In this document: piece after piece, positions 24,880-38,387 of the stretch | How the letters are laid out: every line of letters begins with the position of its first letter | Position numbering within the stretch: the first letter of the stretch is position 1 | Assembly (NCBI RefSeq): GCF_001194135.2 | Contig: NC_068981.1 | Location: forward strand, 176,718,454-176,782,453 | Direction: 5' to 3' | DNA: 64,000 nt | Source of the DNA: Octopus bimaculoides | Lineage: Eukaryota | The notes under the pieces: model-generated | Databases searched by the model: none | Seen by the model: the letters and a program-made list of their open reading frames with translations, nothing else | Told to the model about the DNA's origin: nothing | Made by a program: the position numbers and the translations under genes

Positions 24880-26280
24880 TTTTAAAATTGCCTATAATAC
24901 CTACCTAGAACTGTTAAAATCAGTATACAAGACCAAGAAGTAGCTCCTGGGCAAGGGAACCTGATACTGGAAGACCCAAAATTTCCTGTGATCCTAGAAA
25001 CATAAGCGATGATGCATCTTATAACCAGTATAGAACAGTTCTCAAGATGGGAAAGACAATGTACTTTCGGAGTTTTTTCTTTAGTTCTTACTTTAAAAAT
25101 TTCTGTCTTCAAAAGAGATTATGCTCACCATCTGCCTTCTATATTTCCATGTAAATGGAAATCTCTTTTTCTGAATTTGTGCAGGAAACTCTCAATACGA
25201 AAATAATCAACCAGATCCCATATCTTCAAGTCACCAAAGTCTTCTTTCTCCAATCTGTGTTCCCTTTAGACTGCTTCTTCAAAATGTTTGTTGATGATAA
25301 AAAGAGAAAAATCTCCATTTCTTTCTGGTGATTTAGACTTGATATGTATCATTGGAAAGAAAGAAAGAATCAAGTTATTTTATTATTTATATCATCTTAA
25401 ACATATTGTTCACATTATATAAAATCTTAAGCCATTATTTTAGACATTTATATTCAAGGGTTAGAAAGCTGGAAAGACAAACCCTTGTTCCAGTTGTAAT
25501 ACACTGGACAGAAATAGAAGGACAGCTTTATTTATCATGCAGATATACTTTTCACAAACTCACAAAAGAAGAGTTGACAGGATACTGAGAACGGAAATCA
25601 ATTTTTTTGATTTTTTTGTTTACTTTTAGCTTGCTTTTCTTTTATCAATTTGACAAATAGATCATAACAGACAATAACCTCTTTCAGTCTTAATAACAAA
25701 TGATGTTGACCTTATGTTAGGGACAACTCTGCAGGCTTTAACCTTGTTAGATAAAGTTAATGGTATTTTTTTTTTCTTTCCTCCACCACATAAATAGATC
25801 TTGAACAGATTTGAATGAAATAATAAAAACTCAGCTGTTGAGTAGTCTTTAAATAATGGTACACTTCTTTCCAGTAAGCTTTATACTAACATCTCACCTT
25901 TTCAACCTCTTACTAACAAGGCTACAATGACATTTAAATGCTTGCCATCAGGAGCCAGAATCTCTTCAAATTTTAGAAACAATTTATTTGGGGAATACTA
26001 AAATTATTCTACTTCTGTTCTATTTATTCTAGTTCTCTTCTATCAGAATGATTTTCCTCTATTTAGTTTCAATTTCCCCACAAAGAAACTCCATTAATTT
26101 TATCAATGAGAACACAACAGAAATTCATATTTTCCATGTAGAGAATTCCTGGTAAAAGCAGTCTGTAAAATTGGTTTCAATAATTACTTGACAGCAGTGA
26201 AAGAAAATATTGTATTCAAATTCAATGAAGGAATTAACCTGTTGGGCAGAAAGAATAGGAGAAATGTGTTTCCGTGAAGC
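24880..26280 (-). mobile_element. Degraded L1/Tx1-like LINE ORF2 remnant
   Basis: Motifs in the expected order on the minus strand: GKLKLNRGKS, then VSKRLKR*..KLTGKKCTII, then GGGKKKKIP; many stops and frameshifts. Confidence 0.35.
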
Positions 26281-26368
26281 TAAATGTTATGCTATAAAGC
26301 CACCATCTTTCTTTGTTATTGAAGAAAACAGAAGCAATGTGGTTTTATCTATTGAGCTTTCAGTGTAA

Positions 26369-26373
<5 letters not shown>

Positions 26374-26417
<44 letters not shown>

Positions 26418-26660
26418 NNNNNNNNNNNNNNNNNNNNNNNNNNNNNNNNNNNNNNNNNNNNNNNNNNNNNNNNNNNNNNNNNNNNNNNNNNNNNNNNNNN
26501 NNNNNNNNNNNNNNNNNNNNNNNNNNNNNNNNNNNNNNNNNNNNNNNNNNNNNNNNNNNNNNNNNNNNNNNNNNNNNNNNNNNNNNNNNNNNNNNNNNNN
26601 NNNNNNNNNNNNNNNNNNNNNNNNNNNNNNNNNNNNNNNNNNNNNNNNNNNNNNNNNNNN

Positions 26661-26717
<57 letters not shown>

Positions 26718-26718
26718 C
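26374..26718. repeat. (CT)n microsatellite flanking a gap
   Basis: Direct reading. Confidence 0.9.
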
Positions 26719-26927
26719 TATTTTATACACATGCTCATACGCATACTTCCACAACAACTTCATGAAAAGTGTCTTTAAAAGTTTCGGACATTCTTTCAAC
26801 CATCCACATATTGTTCTCCTTCCATTGTATTACCATTGAAGTTCCAAGAAGGGACAAGCTCATTCCATCATAGGAAATGTTATGAAAAATCCCTAGTCAG
26901 ATACTGATGTTCATTACACACATTCTT

Positions 26928-26959
<32 letters not shown>

Positions 26960-27484
26960 ATTTCTCCATTCTTAATAAGTGACAGAACACAATAAGATGT
27001 GGGAAAAGAAATTAAATTAAATATCTTCATCTTAAATCCTTTGTGGGCCCTTTCAGAGATACAATTCAGTGTACATTAATATTTCTTCATTACTTTTAGT
27101 TTGAATGTTTTGAATTCGAAGATTTAAATTAATGAACAAAAGGCAAATATTTTGCCATCAAATCATCCTATTCTTCAACAGCATTATGAAGATTACCAAC
27201 ATTTTAAAATCCTATTTTCTAAACCAGCTTGGGTTGGACAGGTTTATAATAACTTCAATCTTTATTTCGTCTTGATCTTGTATCATTCACATGTCAGATC
27301 TGGCATTCTTTGGTCAGCTCTTCTGAAATTTTCCCCTGACACTAACAAGGATAATAAAGCTCATGTCAGGAGTTGCTGGTAATATATAACTGACAAATTT
27401 AAATAGTGTCTTCTACTATAACCCCAGGCTGACCAAAGACTTAAGAGTGGATTTGGTAAATGGAAGCTGAAAAAAAAAACCATC

Positions 27485-28020
27485 AGGCATGGCTATGTGG
27501 TAAGATGCTTGCTTCCCAACCACATGGTCCTGGGTTCAGTCCCATTGTGTGGCACTTTGGGCAAGTGTCTTGTACTATAACCTCAGGCTGAGTGGATTTC
27601 ATAGATGAAAATTGAAAGAAGCCTGTTGTGTATATATATATGTATCTATCTACATATATATATATATAATTATAAGATCTGGTAATTAGTCATATATTAA
27701 TATATTAATTAATATCGATTAATTATCAGGGGGCCAGCACATTTAAAGAATCAAAGAGATTCAGAAATATTATCTGCAATCTCATATATATATATATATT
27801 TGTGTCTGTGTTTGTTCCCCCCACCACCACCACCACCATTGCTTGACAACTGATGGTGGTGCATATATGTACCCATAACGTAGCAGTCCAGCAAAAGAAA
27901 CAGATAGAATAAGTAATAGGCTTACAAAGAATAAGTCCTGGAATCGATTTGTTCAACTAAAGGTGGTGCTCCAGCATGGCAGCTGCAGCCAAATGACTGA
28001 AACAAGTAAAAGAATAAAAA
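27485..28020 (+). mobile_element. SINE family A with expanded AT-rich spacer
   Basis: Head 27485-27630, body 27790-28020. Confidence 0.7.
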
Positions 28021-28499
28021 AATATACATATGAAGGGGTGCCGAAGAATTTCTGGCTTTAAAGGTATCCCAAAAGGCCTGGTTGGAGGTCCAACCTTCCA
28101 AGTTCTTTAACAGGGCTTAGGAAACCTGAAGAATTGGTGCAATAATAAGTGCATGAATCTGAGAGAGGAATATGTGAAATAGAATCATAAGTAACTGATC
28201 CTCTTGTATTTTCTTTTATCCAATGCCAGGAACTTTTCAGCACCAATTCATGTGTGTGTGTGTGTGTGTGTGTNNNNNNNNNNNNNNNNNNNNNNNNNNN
28301 NNNNNNNNNNNNNNNNNNNNNNNNNNNNNNNNNNNNNNNNNNNNNNNNNNNNNNNNNNNNNNNNNNNNNNNNNNNNNNNNNNNNNNNNNNNNNNNNNNNN
28401 NNNNNNNNNNNNNNNNNNNNNNNNNNNNNNNNNNNNNNNNNNNNNNNNNNNNNNNNNNNNNNNNNNNNNNNNNNNNNNNNNNNNNNNNNNNNNNNNNNN

Positions 28500-28910
28500 G
28501 ATGGCTACACCAGATGGCTACACCAGATGGCTACACCAGATGGCTACACCAGATGGCTACACCAGATGGCTACACCAGATGGCTACATCAGACTCCAATC
28601 TGATCTGGCAGAGTTTCTACAGCTGGATGCTCTTCCTAACGCCAACCACTCAGAGAGTATAGTGGGTGCTTTTACATGCCACCAGCATGAAGGCCAGTCC
28701 GGCAGTACTGGCAACGGCCACACTCAAATGGTGTTTTTTACGTGCCACCTGCACAGGAGTCAGTCCATTGTTTTGTTCACATGCCACTGGCACAAGTGCC
28801 AGTAAGGCGAAGCTAGAAACGATTGTGCTCAAATGGTGCTTTTTACGTAAAAATTGTGCTTTTTACGTAAAAATGCTAGCATGGAAAGCAGACGTTAAAC
28901 GATGATGTAA
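28500..28910 (-). mobile_element. Family-M SINE containing a 13-bp minisatellite (GATGGCTACACCA)n
   Basis: Six perfect units plus one variant at 28500-28590, continuing into the gap; the rest is family-M sequence. Confidence 0.75.
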
Positions 28911-29547
28911 TATAGGAGAATAAATGAATGTAACTGGCTTTAATCAGGAGGCATTGCTAATGCCTTTTAAAACCAAAGTAAATCTCCTGCCAGAATTGGT
29001 GCTTTGAAGAAAAGAGCTTTGACATTTTTCTTTTTTTTTTTTTTTTAGCTTTCCTCTGCCAAATCTTCCTCAAAACGCACCATAACATCTTAGAGGAAAA
29101 AATAACCAAAAAGAACACCCCACCCCCACCCCGCCGTATGAAAACAAGATGGATTGGCCTGAAATACTTAACTTTCTATCATAGATATGTTCAATCAGAG
29201 TTAACCTTGGAGCTAAATAACAGTAATTTAACAGTTTCCGTGACCCAAAGCAATAGTGTATGATCACAGCTGGACTTGGGTTAAACAATAACTGAATAAC
29301 ATACAGTTTCTTTCGTTTACTAGTTTTTTTTTTTTTCATTTTAATTTTTATTTTTATTTTCTTTGAATATCAAATAGAATTTAAGTTTATTTGAAGTTAT
29401 ATTAGTTTCTGAGCCGAATTCACAGCAGTAACTTAAGAGTAAGTAAAGAGGGTGGCTGGCTGGCAATAAGGGAAGGGTGATGTTGCAAGAGGAGAGAAAG
29501 GAAAGGGCAGAGCTGTGGTGTTGTTGATGACAGTGGTGATGGTGGTG

Positions 29548-29548
29548 C

Positions 29549-29581
<33 letters not shown>

Positions 29582-29616
29582 GGGGGGGTATCAGTAATAG
29601 TAGTAGTAGTAGTAGT

Positions 29617-29672
<56 letters not shown>

Positions 29673-29776
29673 TAGTAGTAGTGGGGGGTGATGGTGGTGT
29701 CAGTAATAGCAGTAGTAGTAGTAGTAGTAATTGTGGTGGTGGTGGTAGTAGTAGAAGTAGTAATTGTGGTGGTGAC

Positions 29777-29807
<31 letters not shown>

Positions 29808-29822
29808 ATTGCGGTGGGTGGC

Positions 29823-29853
<31 letters not shown>

Positions 29854-29930
29854 ATTGTGGTGGTGACAGTAGTAGTAGTAGTAGTAGTAGTAGTAATTGT
29901 GGTAGCAGCAGCAGCAGCAGCTACAGTAGG
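29548..29930. repeat. Compound (AGT)n/(AGC)n array with a higher-order AATTGTGGTGGTGAC(AGT)n unit
   Basis: Direct reading. Confidence 0.9.
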
Positions 29931-32311
29931 CGTTGTAGTGATAATGCCAGTGACAAGATGGAAGTGACAAGAGGGTGATAGAGAATATGGTAATCTGCAT
30001 GATGATGGACAAGGTGGTAATGAGGAGGGAGGGGGAAGGCGAGGGGTATGAAGAAATATGTGGAGGGTGCGGGGGAGAGGGGGGAGAAGGGGGAGAAGCA
30101 GGGAAGAGTTTCCATAGGATAGAGGGGGGGTGAGGCAGGGGAGCAAGTAGGGGGAGTGAGTCTCATCAAGGGTCATAATTGTAGAAAAACAAACTTGGGT
30201 GTGGATGACAAGTAAGGGAGGTGGGTGCCCGNNNNNNNNNNNNNNNNNNNNNNNNNNNNNNNNNNNNNNNNNNNNNNNNNNNNNNNNNNNNNNNNNNNNN
30301 NNNNNNNNNNNNNNNNNNNNNNNNNNNNNNNNNNNNNNNNNNNNNNNNNNNNNNNNNNNNNNNNNNNNNNNNNNNNNNNNNNNNNNNNNNNNNNNNNNNN
30401 NNNNNNNNNNNNNNNNNNNNNNNNNNNNNNNNNNNNNNNNNNNNNNNNNNNNNNNNNNNNNNNNNNNNNNNNNNNNNNNNNNNNNNNNNNNNNNNNNNNN
30501 NNNNNNNNNNNNNNNNNNNNNNNNNNNNNNNNNNNNNNNNNNNNNNNNNNNNNNNNNNNNNNNNNNNNNNNNNNNNNNNNNNNNNNNNNNNNNNNNNNNN
30601 NNNNNNNNNNNNNNNNNNNNNNNNNNNNNNNNNNNNNNNNNNNNNNNNNNNNNNNNNNNNNNNNNNNNNNNNNNNNNNNNNNNNNNNNNNNNNNNNNNNN
30701 NNNNNNNNNNNNNNNNNNNNNNNNNNNNNNNNNNNNNNNNNNNNNNNNNNNNNNNNNGGAAGGAATTAAAAAGGAAAGGGATGCGTAGTTTTGAAGCCCT
30801 TGGAAAACCAAATATGTATAGAGGATTTAGAGTAACAGCTTGGAGACGTGGACCGCCTATTTGTTCCCCCCCTGAGGCTTTATTAACTTCAGCTTGCTTC
30901 TATTTCTGAAAACTGTCTGATGGCTGAATATAGTATCAAAAGACAGTTTCTTCATCTTACATTATTAACTTGCACAGATAAAGCAGGAGCGTATTCAAGA
31001 TGGACAATTCCATTGTAAAGGAGGAAAAAAGAATTATTGGTGATTATACTTCATGTTTATTAATGTGAATATGGCTTATGGAAATATACCATTTTGGTGT
31101 GGAGTAGAGATATAACGTGTTTCTTAGATAGGTGTAAAGCCAGACGTTCTGATGTGAGAGGTAGGTACACAGTCAATTGAATCAAGTCAAATAAGTAAAT
31201 AGGAGAGTTCGGTTGCTATGAGAAAGTGAAGAATGAAATGTTCTGGGCTTTTGCTCTTGGTTTGAGTGCGAGGAAGATAGATTAATGTATAGAGAGAGGG
31301 AGGAGGGAGAGAGAAAAAAGAGAGAGATCCAGGGGCAGAGAAAGAATGTCACTTTGGTTACAAGCTAACTAAGGATGGAGGCAATGAAGTGAAGGAGAGT
31401 AAGGAGAGTTTTGTGTGTGTGTGTGTGTGTATGTGTGTGTGAGTGTGGGTGAGTGTGTGAGGGGGATAGAGAAAGAGAAGGAAAGAAAGAGGGAGAGAAA
31501 GGGTGATCTAAAACATGTGGGTGGGGGTAAGAGGCCAGAGGATGGGGAACAAAAGAGGAAGTATAGAATGAAAGAGTTGGCGGAAAAGTGGGGCCAAAGT
31601 TTTAAGACAGGCTGAAGAGATGAGGTACGTACGGCACCTTGAGCAAGTATCTTCTACTAGTAGCCAGGGGCCAACCCATATCTTGTGAGTGAATTTGGTA
31701 AGATGGAAACTGTATGGAAGCCCATCCTCTGTGTGTGTGTGTGTCTCACTGTTCAATGACCAATAGGGATATATGTCCCTATAACTTAACATTTATGTCC
31801 CTATAAGAGCAAAAACTGTACAGACAGTGTTGACTTGAGAGCAGTGAGCTAATATACAGCCTATATACAAATCGTCACTGCAGGTTGTTCAGTAAGATGT
31901 TGAGGAACCCTCATCTAATGTCTATGACAGGATAGTCCACGATAACTAACATAATAATATGACTAAGTTTACCACTCTATTATATCTAAGTCACCAACCT
32001 CTAAGAATGAGATTTTCATATTAGAACAAGCCACACTTTCTAACATAGGCAATTACTCAGAAGGTTGCATGCAGACAGTAGAACTGACTCAGCATATGAC
32101 AGGTATTTGTCTTAACTCTGGAGGGACAAAAAGTTAAGTCAATTCTGGTGGGAAATGAACCCAGAACATAGTTATATATCACCAGACTGCTCTCTTCTCT
32201 TTTCCCCTCGCCACTCACCTTTTAGTCTTCCTGTGTTATACTTTCGATTTCATATCTTCAGAGTAGGTGGTTGAAATAACAGGCTAGTTACTTCATCTGT
32301 TACCTTTACAG

Positions 32312-32382
32312 ACGGTGAGAATTTTGATTTATTTGAGGAGGAAGATCGAAGAGATTTCCTGAGCAACATATACCCATATTGA
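32312..32382 (+). CDS. Candidate terminal coding exon, xGENFDLFEEEDRRDFLSNIYPY*
   Basis: Acceptor CTGTTACCTTTACAG, open phase-1 frame to TGA, AT-rich downstream sequence; no homology recognised. Confidence 0.2.
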
Positions 32383-32484
32383 CACATTAGCTTCATTATT
32401 ATTAAATTATTATTTTATAATTATAATTTCAGGAAAGTAAAATAGAATAAGTAAATTTATTCTGAGCCACTATGCAATATATAC

Positions 32485-32688
32485 TCTCTCTCTCTTTTAC
32501 TTGTTTCAGTCATTTGACTGTGGCCATGCTGGAACACCGCCTTTAGTCAAGCAAATCAACCCCAGGACTTATTCTTTGGAAGCTTAGTACTTATTCTATC
32601 GGACACTTTTGCCGAACCGCTAAGTTACAGGGACGTAAACATACCATCATCGGTTGTCAATCGATGTTGGGGGACAAACACAGACACA

Positions 32689-32747
<59 letters not shown>

Positions 32748-32945
32748 ACACACACACACACACATATATAGAGATATATACGACGGGCTTCTTTCAGTTT
32801 CCGTCTACCAAATCCACTCACAAGGCTTTGGTCGGCCCGAGGCTATAGTAGAAGACACTAGCCCAAGGTGCTACACAGTGGGAATGAGCCCAGAACCACG
32901 TGGTTGGTAAGCAAGCTACTTACCACACAGCCACTCCTGCGCCTA
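32485..32945 (-). mobile_element. SINE family A, full length
   Basis: Complete head, (CA)n spacer and body. Confidence 0.85.
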
Positions 32946-33519
32946 TATGCACCAAATTTTTTTTTAATTCCAAGAACCAGTATATCAGTCAGTAATTTAC
33001 CAACATTCCCATTTCAACTGATGAAAATAATTGCATTTATTATAATAGTTTCTTATAGAGACATGAAAGCTTAGACTTTTATAGGAAGGAAAATGTTAAG
33101 CTGTAATAGTTATGCTTTTCCTATTAACCTCATCTGCATGCTTGTTCAGTACTCACTACCTTCATTTCTACTCCCATCTCTAATCATCACTTACTCTCCT
33201 CTCACACCTTCATACAATTGTTCTCTCATCTCCTCACTCCCCCAATCCACTTTTCATTTTCTCTTCTTACTTGCACTTTGAGAGTTTGCTCAGGTATCTC
33301 ATCATTATTCTTGCTATCTTCTTTCCAGTTATTCCTATCTACCTTTATGTAATGTGAAGTAGCCATGTATCTCCTCTACAGCAACATACTTGTGCTTATC
33401 CCTCTATTATACTTTAGACTTCCAAAACCTGGCATAAAGATACCTCTTCCCTCATTTCAATACACCATCCTCCACTCAGTTTTTCTTCTTTTTTTCCTTG
33501 TTTTGCAAATTACTTAATG

Positions 33520-33793
33520 ACCTCACTAGTGCCACTAGTGGCATGTAAAATGCACTCAATACACACCGTCAGGTGTATGCTGGGTTAGGAAGAGTATCAA
33601 ACCATAGAAACCAAACCAAAGCTGACATTGGAGCTCAACACAGTCATGCAGCTCAGCTCATTGGATCCTTTCAAACAGAGCAACTCATGTCAGCAAGGAA
33701 AACAGATTGATGATGAGGATGATGATGATGATGATGAGGATGATGATGATGATGATGAGGATGATGATGATGCTGATGATGATGATGATGATG
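33520..33793 (+). mobile_element. Diverged family-M SINE with (GAT/GAG)n tail
   Basis: GTGCCACTAGTGGCA subunit, GTTAGGAAGAGTATC domain, tail 33708-33793. Confidence 0.55.
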
Positions 33794-35569
33794 AGTATGG
33801 GGAGAAAACAAATGAAGTGAGATAATTCCATAAAAATAGATTGTTTGTGAGCCCAATTATCACATTTGTTTCAATTTTTAGCTGAATATTTTTTGACAAT
33901 ACAGTGTAAGGCATGAATATCATGACTTCGAGTTGTGTGATATAAAACCATAGCAATGTCATTGATCGTGAAAAGGACATCTAACCGCAAAAATAGAGCA
34001 TGATCCAAAAACCTTTACAAATGTCAATCAAGACTGGAGAAAAAAACTTTAATAAGAAAAAGAATCGGGGTTTCCCCACTACACACATACGCATAAATCA
34101 GATATTTTAACTGCTATTATTATTCAAAGAACAAACTTTTCAAAAGTTAGTATACAAACAAAGACAAAACAAAGAAATGTGTGCCTTGAAAATATTTTTA
34201 AAACCATTCTATTGGTTTAGTTGTACTGTGTGACAATTACCATTTTTTTCGCTCACAAAAGCTCACACACGTTTCTTTCCTTTTGGCTTAATTATCAGAA
34301 ATCAATAAACATTTTAAAGACATTTCACAAAATATCAACAAAAACTATGTAAAAACTTATCTTTATCAATAATTTCTAGAAACGAAGCATACTTTTTTTT
34401 TGTTTAATTTTTTTTTTTTAATTCTTTTATTTTACCTTCATTACTCAACATCGAAATGGCATTGAGCTGGAGAATTTTTCATTCCAACTCTATTGACCTG
34501 CTAACATTTATCAATTTATTTAATTAAGCAATGTTCCCTCGTATTTTTCTTAATTCAATAAGTTCCAAGAATAAAACTAATTATATGTAACTGAGAAAGA
34601 ATGTCAATTGTATTGGAATCTGATTACTGATCCTTGGTGTTTCCAGTATAGCATCGAATGCATAGCTGGCACTGCAACAGAACTTTATCTACAAATGAAT
34701 CAGCATTGAGTCAATCCTCTTAATATACGTTACATCAGAAGAATCTGACAGTGTGTGTGGTGAATAAGAATTACAGGGGAAACACTTGAGGTTTTCTTTT
34801 TTTATTTGGTTTTCTTTTGTTTTGCTTTGTTTGGTTTTGTCTTTTTATTTTGGTAAGGAATTATACATTTTCATTCTTGCACAAAGTTTTGTACATATTG
34901 TTCATTTCATGGAAGTTCCTTTTACAGTACTCTTCTCCAACAACGTTATTACTATGAACCAACGAACCAGTGATGGCACTTCTGTGTGGTTGAGTGACTT
35001 GCTAGAAATAGCAATCAAATCTCCTTCAAATCACAGTCCGCCATCTCAGAAAAAGAACATATGAGATAATGTGGTCCTGGGTTTCCAGCATATAAGAGAC
35101 AGGGTGGTCATGACTGGAATGTCATTGATCATAGGTCTGCTAAATTAGAGCTGAACAAAAACAACAGCAACTACCACAAGAGCATTAGAGAGCCTAGCTA
35201 AATACACGACAGTATTTAGTTTAATCCTTTTTAATTCTGACTTCAAATCCTTTCAGTGGTGGGGGTCATGATGGTCTATCTACACACACACACACATAAA
35301 TATATATATACATGAAGCAAATAGTGACATGTTGTATCATTGTACCAGGTGAAACCAAGAGTATTGGGCCAGGTACTTTTTGAAAAGTCACCTGACGAGA
35401 CATATCTGCACTGGAGGATGCACCATAACCAGTTGTACAGTATCTCACCTGTGAGGGATCAATGCGAGGTGGGTCAAAACAATCATTGTGATTAATAAAG
35501 TATCTCATGAATTCCTTTTTCTATTTCTATCATTCATTATGTGTGTTTGTGTGTAGGGGGGTGTAGTCA

Positions 35570-35945
35570 TGGCCAATGCTTGGTGACACATAAAAGGCAC
35601 CCATGCAGATGACACGTAAAGGGGCATTCATGCCAGTGGTACATCAGACACCCAGTACCTTCTGTAAAGTGACTGGCACTAGGAAGGACATCCAGCCATA
35701 GAGACCAAGCCAAAACAGACATCCAGAGCCTGGTGCAGCTCTCCAGCTTACCAGCTCCAGTCAAATCATGACCCATGCCAGCNNNNNNNNNNNNNNNNNN
35801 NNNNNNNNNNNNNNNNNNNNNNNNNNNNNNNNNNNNNNNNNNNNNNNNNNNNNNNNNNNNNNNNNNNNNNNNNNNNNNNNNNNNNNNNNNNNNNNNNNNN
35901 NNNNNNNNNNNNNNNNNNNNNNNNNNNNNNNNNNNNGATGATGAA

Positions 35946-35990
<45 letters not shown>

Positions 35991-36020
35991 GATGAAGATG
36001 ATGATGATGATGATGATGAA

Positions 36021-36055
<35 letters not shown>

Positions 36056-36790
36056 ATGTAACCCTACAGAAATAAAATTTGTACCTTGAGAAAAGAAATA
36101 TTTTCTTTTTTTTCTTCTCTTCCTATAGTAATTATATTTGCTTAATTTTATGATGAGTTTCTACTTACCCTTTCTTTTAATAATGAAATAGGTGACATCT
36201 AAAAGGGCACTCATGCCAGTGGCACATAAGAAACTCAGCGGCGAGCTGGCAGAAACGTTAGCACGCCGGGCAAAATGCTTAGCGGTATTTCGTCTGCCGC
36301 TACGTTCTGAGTTCAAATTCCGCCGAGGTCGACTTTGCCTTTCATCCTTTTGGGGTCGATTAAATAAGTACCAGTTATGCACTGGGGTCGATATAATCGA
36401 CTTAATCTGTTTGTCTGTCCTTGTTTGTCCGCTCTGTGTGTAGCCCCTTGTAGGTAGTAGTAAAGAAATAACACACATTGTAAAGTGACTGGCGTTAGGA
36501 AGGACGTCCAGCCATAGAGACCAAGTCAAAACAGACATCCAGAGCTTGATGCAGCTCTCCAGCTTACTAGCTGCAGTCAAATCATATAACACAATGCCAG
36601 CATGGAAAACAGACATTAAATGATGATGACAAAGCGGAGAATTTATATAACCCTAAAATTTATATAACCTAAAATTTGTACCTAGAGAAAAGAAAGATTT
36701 TCTTTCTTTTCCTTCCCTTTCTATAGTGATTGTACTTGCTTAATTTCATGATTTTTTCCTTTCCCTTTCTTTTAATAATAAAATATATCG
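35570..36790 (+). repeat. Local tandem duplication (family-M SINE plus ~140 bp unique flank, two units)
   Basis: 35660-35780 matches 36480-36600 with shared diagnostic bases; 36055-36190 matches 36655-36790. Confidence 0.7.
36236..36470 (+). mobile_element. SINE family N, young, nested in family M
   Basis: Near-consensus GCGGCGAGCTGGCAGAAACG...GTAAAGAAATA. Confidence 0.85.
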
Positions 36791-37178
36791 AAGATGGCAA
36801 AAGCCCTATAAACGATTGAAACACTTGTACAGAACAAACTAAATCATGTTATCATTTGATGTTTCTTCTGTATTCTAAAAGCTCTATAGGAAGCCTGCTT
36901 TCATATAAGTATTATTTCTACTCAATCTAATCTCCTGGCAAGCGAGGAAAACTGCTTTAATGACTAAATGTATTGAATAAAAAGTTGGTGGTTAATTTTC
37001 TATTAGAAAAGAAAAATCATTTTTTGCTCTTTGTGGTTGACAAGGCTATAAATAAAAATTATTTTTAGACTTTTGAACTGTTAAATTCATAAATCTTACC
37101 AAGTAGATTATCACAGCAATGATTTTTTTTTTTGTTTATTTCAAGTAAATATATAATGTGATTAAACTAAATAAAATA

Positions 37179-37231
<53 letters not shown>

Positions 37232-37720
37232 GGTGGTGNNNNNNNNNNNNNNNNNNNNNNNNNNNNNNNNNNNNNNNNNNNNNNNNNNNNNNNNNNNNNN
37301 NNNNNNNNNNNNNNNNNNNNNNNNNNNNNNNNNNNNNNNNNNNNNNNNNNNNNNNNNNNNNNNNNNNNNNNNNNNNNNNNNNNNNNNNNNNNNNNNNNNN
37401 NNNNNNNNNNNNNNNNNNNNNNNNNNNNNNNNNNNNNNNNNNNNNNNNNNNNNNNNNNNNNNNNNNNNNNNNNNNNNNNNNNNNNNNNNNNNNNNNNNNN
37501 NNNNNNNNNNNNNNNNNNNNNNNNNNNNNNNNNNNNNNNNNNNNNNNNNNNNNNNNNNNNNNNNNNNNNNNNNNNNNNNNNNNNNNNNNGGTGGTGGTGG
37601 TGGTGGTGGCGGCGGCAGCCGTGGTGGTGATGGCGGCAGCGGCGGTGGAGGTGATGATGGTAGTGGCAGTGATGGGGGGATGATGGTGGCAGCATTGGTG
37701 ATGGTAGTAGTGGTGGTGGT
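37179..37720. repeat. (GAT)n(GGT)n ... (GGT/GGC)n low-complexity tract across a gap
   Basis: Direct reading. Confidence 0.85.
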
Positions 37721-37944
37721 TGTAGCTGTGACATTAATATTTTCTCACATGGCTCATACAAATAATTCTTTCTACAATAGGCACAAAGCCTGAAATTGAG
37801 TACTTATTTCATTAACCCTGAAAGGATTAAAGGCAAAGTCAACCTTGGCAGAATTTGAACTCAGAACATAAAGATGGACAAAATACCACTAAGCATTTTG
37901 CTCTGCATACCAGCAATTCTGCCAGCTTAATACTTTATTACTAA

Positions 37945-38343
37945 GTGGCTGTGTGGTAAGAAGCTTACTTCCCAACCACATGGTTCCAGGTTCAGTCCCA
38001 CTGTGTGGCACCTTGGGCTAATGTCTAGCAAAGCCTTGTGAGTGGATTTGGGAGACAGAAACTAAAAGAAGCCCATTCATCATCATCATCATCATCACCG
38101 TTTAACGTCCGCTTTCCATGCTAGCATGGGTTGGACGATTTGACTGAGGACTGGTGAAACCGGATGGCAACACCAGGCTCCAATCTAATTTGGCAGAGTT
38201 TCTACAGCTGGATGCCCTTCCTAACGCCAACCACTCAGAGAGTGTAGCGGGTGCTTTTACGTGTCACCCGCACGAAAACGGCCACGCTCGAAATGGTGTC
38301 TTTTATGTGCCACCCACACAAGCCAGTCCAGGGGCACTGGCAA

Positions 38344-38387
<44 letters not shown>

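Noticed and set aside
28500-28590. CRISPR-like array
   Set aside because: Eukaryotic context, head-to-tail units without spacers
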